Positions 13,046 to 24,302 of a stretch of DNA of 64,000 nucleotides are shown in pieces. This stretch comes from Phoronis australis. Lineage: Eukaryota > Animalia > Phoronida. Made by a program: the position numbers and the translations under genes. A model generated the notes under the pieces. The model worked only from the letters and a program-made list of their open reading frames with translations. It had not been told where the DNA came from and searched no databases. The stretch spans positions 53,245 through 117,244 of the forward strand of contig NMRA01000818.1 in assembly GCA_002633005.1 (NCBI GenBank), in the 5' to 3' direction. The number at the start of each line of letters is the position of its first letter. Within the stretch, counting starts at the first letter, position 1.

Positions 13046-14038
13046 ATAGATACTATTGCTCTCCGGTGACTACTCCTTCACATCATTCTCATGGGCAAGT
13101 CTGCCAACAGTATCTTTGGCGTCAATGCTACAGAATATAGAGGCACCCTGAGTTTTCTCCATGGAAATGGGGGCTAAGACAGCTGTCTGTGCTTGGTTGT
13201 CTCTTCGTTAACAAATGTTGGTTTCAAACATTGGTCAAACAGCAAATGGACTTATGTGCCATTTGTTATTACTTTTTGGTGTTTCTCTGGTATATCGACA
13301 ATAGTACAGCCACACATTGACAGGTTCCCCTTTGTTCTGGTTCCTGGCATTATTCATTACAGTAAAGGTTTAGGTTAAGTTAACGTCAAAGACTGGACTG
13401 TCCCAAACTTCATCACCTGTTTAAGTTAATGATGTCACCGAATGTAAAATAAATTGAATTATTTTTTCACCAAGACTAAATTATTTAATTTATTGTTTGA
13501 GATATATTTGTGACTTGACTGAGAAAATGTTACTCTCAAATTAATGATTTGCGTCTTTCCATTTTCTTGCATCACGATACTATTTTTTCACCAAGAGCAA
13601 AATATTGCTTAATTTGTTTTTTATGGCATTTGTGACTTAAGTGATTGAGAAAATGTCATGGCCAATTTTATAAACTGTCGCATGATCGTTTTAATACCGC
13701 TGTAATGTGCAGCCAATGGCTGTTCACCGCATTTTTGTACTGATGACTCATGTCCTCAATGTCACCACTGAAAGTAATGATGTACTTCTTGATATCAAAG
13801 AAAGAAGATCACATTTTGATCAATGTTCTCTGGTCTCAAATTTTGTGAATGTTGTCATAGATGACTTTTCTGATATAAAATTTCGTTATTTGCTGTCTAT
13901 GTGGTGTTGAACCCATCTCCATGGAAACTGGTTAGCACTGCTCTCTTTAAGACATCAAATTACTCAATTATCCGTTTCTCTAGAGGATGCTTGGATTGTA
14001 GATGTTGGTCCATCCTCATAGGAACAGTGGTACAACTN

Positions 14039-14465
14039 GGTTCGCCGGTTCAGGTTGAGGTGCCTGAACATAGCCAGGGAGTTCTCGGCTATTCTCCCTC
14101 GCCCCACGTTGAGAAGGCCCCCGATTTGTAACAAGGGTCGCCAGGCGCTTGGGTTCCCCATTGTTCAACTCTTTATCATATTCCTCCATGATGTACAGGT
14201 TACAGGTTTAGTTAACGTCTAAACCTTAGGAAAGACAACCCCTTGCCTAGGACATTCCGTTATTGGAGATGCCGTCGACAAGCAGCGTTGTGCCGTGGCT
14301 CCTTAGCAAAGTATCACATCCACTATACCCCTGATTGCCAAATCATTATCTAGAACCATCTGTCTACAGTAAGTAGATCTAAGGACATACAATACAAGTG
14401 TCACCTTTCCAACTCTGGACACAAGGAGGCGACCAAATACCACCATTAAGAGAGTCATAGATACT
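14039..14465 (-). mobile_element. R2 5' end (ribozyme 14290-14456), duplicated across the N join at 14038
   Basis: 14039-15447 repeats ~12628-14037 with scattered substitutions and starts exactly at a single N. Confidence 0.8.
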
Positions 14466-17385
14466 ATTGCTCTCCAGTGACTACTCCTTCACATCATTCT
14501 CGTGGGCAAGTCTTCCAACAGTATCTTTGGCATCAATGCTACAGAATAAAGAGGCACCCTGAGTTTTCTGCATGGAAATGGGGGCTAAGACAGCTGTCTG
14601 TTCTTGGTTGTCTCTTCATTAACAAATGTTGGTTTCAAACATTGGTCAAACAGCAAATGGACTTATGTGCCATTTGTTATTACTTTTTGGTGTCTCTCTG
14701 GTATATCGACAATAGTACAGCCACACATTGACAGGTTCCCCTTTGTTCTGGTTCCTGGCATTATTCATTACAGTAAAGGTTTAGGTTAAGTTAACGTCAA
14801 AGACTGGACTGTCCCAAACTTCATCACCTGTTTAAGTTAATGATGTCACCGAATGTAAAATAAATTGAATTATTTTTTCACCAACACTAAATTATTTAAT
14901 TTATTGTTTGAGATATATTTGTGACTTGACTGAGAAAATGTTACTCTCAAATTAATGATTTGCGTCTTTCCATTTTCTTGCATCACGATACTATTTTTTC
15001 ACCAAGAGCAAAATATTGCTTAATTTGTTTTTGACGGCGTTTGTGACTTACGTGATTGAGAAAATGTCATGGCCAATTTTATAAACTGTCGCATGATCGT
15101 TTAAATACCGCTGTAATGTGCAGCCAATGGCTAATCACCGCATTTTTGTCCTGATGACTCATGTCCTCAAAGTCACCACTGAAAGTAATGATGTACTTCT
15201 TGATATTAAAGAAAGAAGATCACATTTTGATCAATGTTCTCTGATCTCAAATTTTGTGAATGTTGTCTTAGATGACTTTTCTGATGTAAAATTTCGTTAT
15301 TTGCTGTCTATGTGGTGTTGAACCCATCTCCATGGAAACTGGTTAGCACTGCTCTCTTTAAGACATCAAAGTACTCAATTATCCGTTTCTCTAGAGGATG
15401 CTTGGATTGTAGATGTTGGTCCATCCTCATAGGAACAGTGGTACAACTGGTAAAACCTAATCGTCATAGTCTTCTTCGATCAGGCTTAGTGTTAATTGTT
15501 AGCTCAATCATGCTCTTCTCCGTTCAGGCTTAGTCTTAAGATGGCCTCTTTGGAATGTTGCACAAGAATGGATATGGCATTGTCTTGTTCCATCAGGGTT
15601 AGGTCTTGGTTTTTAGCTCGGTCTTCACGGTCTTGTTCCATCAGGCTTAGTGATAATTTTCAGCTCATTCATTACTGTCTTCCCCAGCCACAATTAGTCT
15701 TGCAGTTTCATAGTGCTTAGTGTTAATTGTTAGCTCAATCATGCTGTTCTCTGTTCAGACTTAGTCTTAAGATGTCCTCTTTGGAATGTTGCACATTCCA
15801 AGAATGGATATGGCATTGTCTTCTTCGATCAGGCTTAGGTCTTGCTTTTTAGCTCTGTCTTCATGGTCTTGTTCCATCGGGCTTAGTGATAACTTTCAGC
15901 TCATTCATTATTGTCCTCTCCAGCCACAATTAGTCTTGCAATTTCATAGTGCTATTGCTCTTCGGTGCTCTTGTCATGATTTACTGTAAGAAAAGGTGTT
16001 TGCCTTCAGAAAAACAACAAAAGCTTGGTGAAGGAGTTCACATTTCTCCAAGTAACTGCGGGTGTATGCCAGCCACGCAGTATGATGTTGGCCTAAAAGA
16101 ATTGGGCAGAGGTTCCCACATAGTCTGTCAAGATGGTCACACGTTGAGTCGACTTAAGTCCTCGAATTGAATGCAAGTTATTACTATGACGCCGAAGGCG
16201 CTCAGTGGGATTGCTCACCATAGTTCCTCTCCATGGATCGAATCTGCTCCTGGGATTTTTAGCAGATTCACCCGGCGCCACCCAAGGTATGTCCTCCCCA
16301 TTCAGAACGAACGGGGCGCACAAATTGCCATAGAAGGAACGTGGAGTTGATTTCAAATTGAAGCCAACGCTCTTCCGCACATTCAACTTCATTCAAAATT
16401 TAGTCGTAAGGACTACATAAATTGTGTTTGATAATTTCGATGATACATCTGTGTGCTTAGTTACACTGAGATGGCATAATGAGATTCAACAAGTTGAAAA
16501 TCATACATTTTGAACGACTGGTCTCCAAGCCAGAGGAGACAGGATACTTGGTCCAGCGGCAGGTGATTGCTCGTTGACTGGAGTTTCTTCACTCTGTGGC
16601 TAAAATGAAAACACAATTTCTGTTAGCCATTTCATTTAAGAGAACCTCACAACTCAATAAATGCACAAAATAGTGACCGTTGGACACTTGATTTTGCTCT
16701 TTTAATTGTAGGCAAATTAGTATAGCAACTAATGTTTCTTACTGAATTAGGAGAAAAGAAGTGAAGTAACATAGGAGTTCCTAATCTATCCACAGAACCT
16801 GGCTGATCTCTTCAGGCGGCTCAAAACTGGTGTCCACTCCCAGCATTATCATAGCTGTCAATATGTGGCTGAAATGATTAAATGGTTTGCTAGTTATTAA
16901 ATAGTGCGGTGGCAGGCTTGTCCAAATCATGTATTCCTAAACACCATCCTGTTGTTAATGAATGCCCCTTGATTTTGGATATAGTAATCTCAGAGCGAAA
17001 CTTTTCTGACAGCAATGTCAAAAATCTTTAAAAATGTGCAACTTACCACAGTTGTCAAGTCCTTGTCCAAATACTCTGTATCTTCCTCTCTGAATTCATA
17101 GACATCCACGTCTGCCTTCTAAAATACGTTCTCACTTTTCAGTTACTCTAGAGTGAAACATTGTTTATTGTAATACCAAATGGAAATCTTAATATCCAGG
17201 TTTGGCCGTCATGTTTCCTCGATTATGTTACCTAAATTTGAAACAGATTTGGCCCGTTCAACTTGATGATCACAAAGTTAAGAAACCAATTGAACTGCAC
17301 TCATTTAAACAGCCAATTGGACTGCACTCATTTAATCAGCCAATTGGACTGCACTCATTTATTAAACCAATTGACAAAGAATTTC

Positions 17386-20295
17386 TTACTCTCCCCCCTT
17401 TCCTGTGCTTTGTGGGATAAGGAGCCCCCCCATCGCTAGGTTGCACCAGTACGGAACTTCAGCTGTAGGCATCTCCAGGTTTTGAAGAAGATTGTCACTG
17501 TCTTCAAACCATGCTCCTCTGGCTCCAATCACCACTGGATAAATCGCTACAGAGTCAACTCCCAGTCTCTCTTGCAGTATGGGCTGGAGTACAGTGTACT
17601 TCTCAACCTTCTTTCTGTGGGCAGATCGAAGGGATTCATAAGAATCATCCCACACAATGGTTGGATCTATGACAAGAGCGTGGCGTTGGTGGTTAACGGC
17701 CACAATGTCTGGTACTAGCGTTGACTCCTGTCCGTTGTCGTTCAGAACTGTGATGTGGGGTTCCACCTGGTAACGCATCCCCTTAGACTTGAGGAATTGC
17801 ACCACCCTCCATACAATTCTGTTGTTCCGAGCTATTCTATTGGCTTTCACAGAGTGACACGCCCCAAGAATGTGACTCAGTGTCTCAACTGTCCTATGAC
17901 AGCGTCGGCACCGAGAATCCCGGTTCAGTCGGCCTCTGTTAATCGCCTCGCGTGTCTGATACCTGTTAGTTCTCATTCTCAACGCACCGATAACTTCACC
18001 TTCACTGAAGAACGAATAGCCGCAAAGCCATTTGTTACTTTCCGGGCCGAAGAGATCGGCCCCCTTACCCTGACAGCCCAATGCTGTCCACTTCTTCAGT
18101 TCAGATGATCGCCAGTTCTTACAGAGCCTGTCATCGCCGTAAGCATATTTACCTTCAAGATCCTTCACCTTCTCGGAGAGCTTAGTCCGAAGACAAATGG
18201 CCCCCAATAACGGATCAGTTTCTTTCAGGTGCGCACGGTATCTTCCGAGCAGCAAGAGAGGGACCTTGTAGCGGAAACACGGTAAGCCGAGCCCTCCTTT
18301 CTTCTTTGAAACATAGAAGAAGGAATTGTTGATGCTATCACTCAACTTTAGCCATGTTCTAACCCAGAACCGTACTTCTTTGTCTAGCTCATTGAGGACA
18401 CCAACCGCAGTATGACCCGTGCTAAGTTGATGAAATAACTTGGGGCAGACATAGTCTGTCAAAATGGTCACACGTTGAGTCGGCTTAAGTCCTCGAAATG
18501 AATGTAAGTTGTTACTATGACGCCGAAGGCACTCAGTGGGATTGCTCACCATAGTTCCTCTCCATGGATCGAATCTGCTCCCGGGATTTTTAGCAGATTC
18601 ACCCGGCACTACCCAAGGTATGTCCTCCCCATTCAGAACGAACGGGGCGCACGAATTGTCAGTGAAGGAACGTGGAGTTGATTTCAAATTGAAGCCAACG
18701 CTCTTCCGCACATTCAACTTCATGCCCGTGTCTGCGCAGAACCGCTCAACGATCTTTAAGTTCTGCTGCATACCTTTTCGATCACGGGAGATGACACCAG
18801 TATCGTCTGCATATGCTAAGGCGGCGACAGTGTGGCTGTTTGCAGAATACCCTTGCCCTTCTTTTTCCAAAGTACAGATCAGGGGATCCATACATAGGAG
18901 AAAGAGTACCGGTGAAAGCGGATCACCTTGTTTAACACCACGCTCCATGGGGATGATGTCAGTTTTCCTCTTTTGTAAACTGAAATATGTCCCACTATTG
19001 TGGTACATATCAGCTACAATTTTAATAAAGTGCGGGTGCACTTTAAGGCGTTCGAGGGCACTGATGAGATGTGCACGCTCGACGGTGTCAAACGCTTTCG
19101 CCAAATCCAAGAAGGCCATACAAATTTCCCCACCATCAGACTTGACCAGGCGCAGGAGCTGTTCAACCAAGGAAGTGTTTATGGCACAACCCGGTTTACG
19201 TATGAAGCCCTTTTGCCGGTCGCAAAGTGGCACCGCACCCAGAAGTCTTCTAGCAAGAATCTTCGTATATAGTCTCAATACTATACTCGATATCGTAAGC
19301 GGCCTCCAGTTGCCAATGTCCTCCAGGTTCTCGGTACCCTTAGGAAGGAGTATCGATCGCCCAGATTTCAAAGACTCCGGGATAACACCACTAACGAACC
19401 AAGCATTAAGTATCGAAACCAGTAATCCTTTCTTGGCAGCCAAGGCCCTCAGGTCGGACGCTTTGATGTTATCAGGTCCTGGGGCGGTAGACGTCCGGAA
19501 TCCCATAATGGCCCGAGAGATCTCACGCTCGGTAATGGGAGACATCAATTGCCCATTATCCGCATACCCCATGGGGGGAGCGAAATTACTGAGGTCGACT
19601 TCTTTAACAGCGTCAGAGCTACCAAAACGCATTTTGTATGTGTCATACACTAACGTTGGGTCCAGCGGACAACGACAGTCCCCTTTACCATCAAGGATCT
19701 GTCCAGCTAAGGCCTTGCGGTTCGTATCAAAGAGAGTCTGAACTTTCCGGAAAGAAGCGGCCTTCTTTCCTTTCACTCCAGCCCCCTTTCGCCGGTTCCC
19801 AAAGCTCGGTTGTGTTGGTTGCCTCGAGGTTACTGCTGATGCCAACACGGTGGCATGATCGGCTGCAGTAACTACGTCAGTGAAGCACTTGCAAAAGGTT
19901 TCGTATGCGGCAGCCGTAGGTTCCGAATCATGGAGATCTTCGCCCACAGCTACACACAAGTCCCGGATGTTGTCCCTCCAAGCGGCCTCGGAGTTGTCGG
20001 GGGGTAACTCAACGTGCAAGATGTCGGGTGTCCTTTCCTTGACTGTTGGCTCCTTGTCACTTATCACGCCTCTCCTTTTCAGATCGGAGATCTTACTAGA
20101 GAGCTGCGTAGATGTTTTTCCTGGCAAGAGGCCCTGCGCCACAAGAGCTTGACACCAATGTTTCTTGCCTTCTCGCATTGCACGCAAATAGAAGTCCGAT
20201 AGAATATTGACCTCTTCAACTGACCAGACTGACTTCCTAGCAGCGCCCCCTTTCTGAAGACGAACCAGCGTACGCTCGGTTCGCTTCCTCTCCAC
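17386..20295 (-). CDS. R2 ORF, open part: Myb-like, RT, CCHC, RLE endonuclease (969 aa from GTG)
   Basis: Motifs: WSVEE (Myb), APGPD, NWRPLTI, QKGF, LDLAKAFD, GVKQGDPLSPVLF, AYADD, GGLGL, CRRC..ETLSHILGAC, PD..D, KVEKY, IGARGAW. Not shown to be expressed. Confidence 0.85.
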   Translation of the reverse strand: MERKRTERTLVRLQKGGAARKSVWSVEEVNILSDFYLRAMREGKKHWCQALVAQGLLPGKTSTQLSSKISDLKRRGVISDKEPTVKERTPDILHVELPPDNSEAAWRDNIRDLCVAVGEDLHDSEPTAAAYETFCKCFTDVVTAADHATVLASAVTSRQPTQPSFGNRRKGAGVKGKKAASFRKVQTLFDTNRKALAGQILDGKGDCRCPLDPTLVYDTYKMRFGSSDAVKEVDLSNFAPPMGYADNGQLMSPITEREISRAIMGFRTSTAPGPDNIKASDLRALAAKKGLLVSILNAWFVSGVIPESLKSGRSILLPKGTENLEDIGNWRPLTISSIVLRLYTKILARRLLGAVPLCDRQKGFIRKPGCAINTSLVEQLLRLVKSDGGEICMAFLDLAKAFDTVERAHLISALERLKVHPHFIKIVADMYHNSGTYFSLQKRKTDIIPMERGVKQGDPLSPVLFLLCMDPLICTLEKEGQGYSANSHTVAALAYADDTGVISRDRKGMQQNLKIVERFCADTGMKLNVRKSVGFNLKSTPRSFTDNSCAPFVLNGEDIPWVVPGESAKNPGSRFDPWRGTMVSNPTECLRRHSNNLHSFRGLKPTQRVTILTDYVCPKLFHQLSTGHTAVGVLNELDKEVRFWVRTWLKLSDSINNSFFYVSKKKGGLGLPCFRYKVPLLLLGRYRAHLKETDPLLGAICLRTKLSEKVKDLEGKYAYGDDRLCKNWRSSELKKWTALGCQGKGADLFGPESNKWLCGYSFFSEGEVIGALRMRTNRYQTREAINRGRLNRDSRCRRCHRTVETLSHILGACHSVKANRIARNNRIVWRVVQFLKSKGMRYQVEPHITVLNDNGQESTLVPDIVAVNHQRHALVIDPTIVWDDSYESLRSAHRKKVEKYTVLQPILQERLGVDSVAIYPVVIGARGAWFEDSDNLLQNLEMPTAEVPYWCNLAMGGLLIPQSTGKGGE

Positions 20296-21415
20296 ATCAG
20301 CCCTTGCTCTAGCTATTCTCCCCTTGTTACGGAGAACAGGGTGCCTGTGCCGTTCGTGTTGGCTAAGGCCAGTCCTAGAAGGTCAAGAGAAGGGGCATGC
20401 GGAGCACTTGAATCGCCCTGGAATTGCTAGATTGTCAATCGGTCCTTTGCACTTCGCGTAATGGTGGGCAATGGAGAGACAAGGATAGTCAATTTGGCAT
20501 TTGCCGCATTTGAGACGATACTCGGTGTTGCAATGGCGTATCCTCAAATGTTTGTGGAGTGGCATGGGTCTTAAGAAAAATTCTAAGCACTGAGGGCAAT
20601 CGAATCTGTTGGCAGGATACATGGCTGTACTGCCGCCAGAAACCACCCGATTACCCACAGGGTCCTCGACAAGATTCACATCCTCCCCTTCGTTAAGGGG
20701 CACCACGTTGAGGGGGCCCTCATCGGGTACACTTGATGTAGAGGGTACCACACTGGTATCACGCGTAGCTCGCACTTGAGAGGCCCCAGATGGGCTGGAC
20801 CTCTCATCGGTAATACGAAGTAGAGAGTTTGAACCTCTGGCACCAACTGTACTCTCATCAACAGTTAGTGTTGCACCGCATGTAGAGTTAGCACAGTCCG
20901 CATGGGAAGGACATGTGGTCGCTAACGGCTGTGCATTTTGATGGGTTACGCCAGTTCCGAAACCGGAGTTCTCAGCTGCACACTTTCACGGGTTCGCCGG
21001 TTCAGGTTGAAATGCCTGAACATAGCCAGGGAGTTCTCGACTATTCTCTCTCGCCCCACGTTGAGACGGCCCCCGATGTGTAACAAGGGTTGCCAGGCGC
21101 CTGGGTTCCCCATTGTTCGTGTTAATTTCCTTGTTCATGGCAGTCGGTTGTAGGTTAAGTTAACGTCTAAACCTTAGGAAAGACGGCCCCTTGTCTGAGA
21201 CATTCAGATATTGGAGATGCCGTCGACAAGCAGCATTGTGGATTGGCTCCTTAGCAAAGTATCACGTCCACTATATTCCTGTTGGGCAGATCAATTACTA
21301 TAACCGACTATCTAAAGTAGCCAGTTGCAACAGAATATACAATACAAGTGTCACCTTCCCAACTCTCGACACAAGGAGGCGACCAAATACCACCATTAAG
21401 AGAGTCATAGATACT
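17415..21415 (-). mobile_element. Near-full-length R2 copy (array unit 2)
   Basis: 28S remnant, ribozyme, ZF region with two TGA stops and a ~63-bp deletion, then an open Myb-RT-RLE frame. Confidence 0.95.
21238..21406 (-). ncRNA. HDV-like ribozyme, P4 type A
   Basis: Perfect P1 GACUCUC/GAGAGUU with a G.U pair at the cleavage site; P3 has one mismatch; J4/2 CUAA. Confidence 0.78.
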
Positions 21416-24302
21416 ATTGCTCTCCGGTGACTACTCCTTCACATCATTCTCGTGGGCAAGTCTGCCAACAGTATCTTTGGCATCAATGCTACAGAATAAA
21501 GAGGCACCCTGAGTTTTCTCCATGGAAATAGGGGCTAAGACAGCTGTCTGTGCTTGGTTGTCTCTTCGTTAGCAAATGTTGGTGTCAACCTATGGTCAGA
21601 CAGCAAATGGACTTATGCGCCATTTGTTATTACTTTTTGGTGTCTCTCTGGTATATCGACAATAGTACAGCCACACATTGATAGGTTCCCCATTGTTCTG
21701 TTTCTTGGCATTATTCATGACAGTAAAGGTTTAGGTTAAGTTAACGTCTAAGGCTGGTCTGTCTCAAGCTGCATTGCCTGTTTAAGTTAACGATGTCACG
21801 TAATGTAAAATAAATTGCATTATTTTTTTACCAAGACTAAATTATTTCTTAATTTATTTTTTGAGAGATATTTGTGACTTGACTGAGAAAATGTTACTGT
21901 CAAATTAATGACTTGCGTCTTTCCATTTTCTTGCATCACGATACTATTTTTTCACCAAGAGCAAGATATTGCTTAATTTGGTTTTCATGGCATTTGTGAC
22001 TAACGTGATTGAGAAAATGTCATGGCCAATTTTATAAACTGTCGCATGATCATTTTAATACCGCTGCAATGTGCAGCCATTGCCTGTTCACTGCATTTTT
22101 GTCCTGACAACTCATGTCCTCAAAGTCACCATTGAAAGTAATGATGTATTTCTTGATATCAAAGAAAGAAGATCACATTTTGATCAATGTTCTCTGTTCT
22201 CAAATTTTGTGAATGTTGTCATAGATGGCTTTTCTGATGTAAAATTTCGTTATTTGCTGTCTATGTGGTGTTGAACCAATCTCCATGGAAACTGGTTAGC
22301 ACTGCTCTCTTTAAGACATCAAAGTACTCAATTGTCCGTTTCTCTAGAGCATGCTTGGATTGTAGATGTTGGTCCATCCTCATAGGAACAGTGGTACAAC
22401 TGGTAAAGCCTAATCGTCATAGTCTTCTTCGGTTATGCTTAGTGTTAATTGTTAGCTCAATCATGCTCTTCTCCGCTCAGACTTAGTCTTAAGATGGCCT
22501 CTTTGGAATGTTGCACAAGAATGGATATAGCATTGTCTTGTTCCATCAGGCTTAGGTCTTGGTTTTTAGCTCGGTCTTCATGGTCTTGTTCCATCAGGCT
22601 TAGTGATAATTTTCAACTCATTCATTACTGTCTTCCCCAGCCACAATTAGTCTTGCAGTTTCATAGTGCTTAGTGTGAATTGTTAGCTCAATCGTGCTCT
22701 TCTCCGTTCAGACTTAGTCTTAAGATGTCCTCTTTGGAATGTTGCACATTCCAAGAATGTATATGGCATTGTCTTCTTCTATCAGGCTTAGGTCTTGCTT
22801 TTTAGCTCGGTCTTCATGGTCTTGTTCCATCAGGCTTAGTGATAATTTTCAGCTTATTCATTATTGTCCTCTCCAGCCACAATTAGTCTTGCAATTTCAT
22901 AGTGCTATTGCTCTTCGGTGCTCTTGTCATGATTTATTGTAAGAAAAGGTGTGTACCTTCAGAAAAACAACAAAAGCTTGGTGAAGGAGTTCACATATCT
23001 CCAAGTAACTGCGGGTCTATGCCAGCCACGCAGTATGATGTTGGCCTAAAACAATTGGGCAGAGGTTCCCACATAGTCTGTCAAGATGGTCACACGTTGA
23101 GTCGACTTAAGCCCTCGAAATGAATGCAAGTTGTTACAATGACGCCGAAGGCGCTCAATGGGATTGCTCAGCACAATTCCTCTCCAAGGATCGAATCTGC
23201 TCCCAAGATTTTTAGCAGATTCACCCGGCGCCACCCAAGGTATGTCCTCCCCATTCAGAACGAACGGGGCGCACGAATTGACATAGAAGGAACGTGGAGT
23301 TGATTTCAGATTGAAGCCAACGCTCTTCCGCACATTCAACTTCATTCAAAAATTAGTCGTAAGGACTACATAAATTGTGTTTGATAATTTCGATGATACA
23401 TCTGTGTGTTTAATTACACTGAGACGGCATAATGGGATTCAACAAGCTGAAAATCATACATTTTGAACGACTGGTTTCCAAGCCAGAGGAGACAGGATAC
23501 TTGGTCCAGCGGCAGGTGATGGCTCGTTGACTGGAGGGTCCTCACTGTGTGGCTAAAATGAAAACACAATATATGTTAGCCATATCATTACAATGCACCT
23601 CACAACTCAGTGAAGCACAAAATAGTGACCGTTGGACACTTGATTTGGCTCTTTTAATTGTAGGCAAATAAGTATAGCAACTAATGTTTCTTACTGAATT
23701 AGGAGAAAAGAGTGATGTAACATAGGAGTTCCTAATCTATCCACATTACCTGGCTGAACTCTTCAAAAGTGTTGTCCACTCCTAGCAACCGTTGGTCAGT
23801 GTCATAGCTGTCAATATGTGGCTGAAATGATTAAATGGTTTGCTAGTTATTAAATAGTGCGGTGGCAGGCTTGTCCAAATTATGTATTCTTAAACCGAAT
23901 CATGTTGTTAATGAATGCCCCTTGATTTTGGATATAGTGATCTCAAAGCGAAACTTTTTTTCTGACAGCAATGTCAAAAATCTTAAATGTGCAACTTACC
24001 ACATTTGTCCTTGTCCAAATACTCTGTATCTTCCTCTCTGAATTCATAGACATCCACGTCTGCCTTCTAAAATACGTTCTCACTTTTCAGTTACTCTAGA
24101 GTGAAACATTGTTTATTGTAATACCAAATGGAAATCTTTATATCCAGGTTTGGCCGTCATGTTTCCTCGATTATGTTACCTAAATTTGAAACAGATTTGG
24201 CCCGTTCAACTTGATGATCACAAAGTTAAGAATCCAATTGAACTGCACTCATTTAAACAGCCAATTGGACTGCACTCATTTAATCAGCCAATTGGACTGC
24301 AC

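Larger units (their letters stand above)
8685..13054 (-). mobile_element. Near-full-length R2 copy (array unit 1), multiple stops and frameshifts
   Basis: ORF pieces 12778-11957, 11869-10826, 10700-10125 and 9838-9233 reconstruct ZF3-Myb-RT(YADD)-CCHC-RLE. Confidence 0.93.

Noticed and set aside
18536-19741. 401-aa plus-strand ORF (also 25483-26688)
   Set aside because: Antisense shadow of the R2 RT frame with no recognisable motifs; broken in unit 1.
20383-20385. Selenocysteine recoding of the TGA that aligns with Cys
   Set aside because: The position is not a zinc ligand, no SECIS could be identified, the 3'UTR appears lost, and other stops exist upstream. A plain TGT-to-TGA mutation is simpler.
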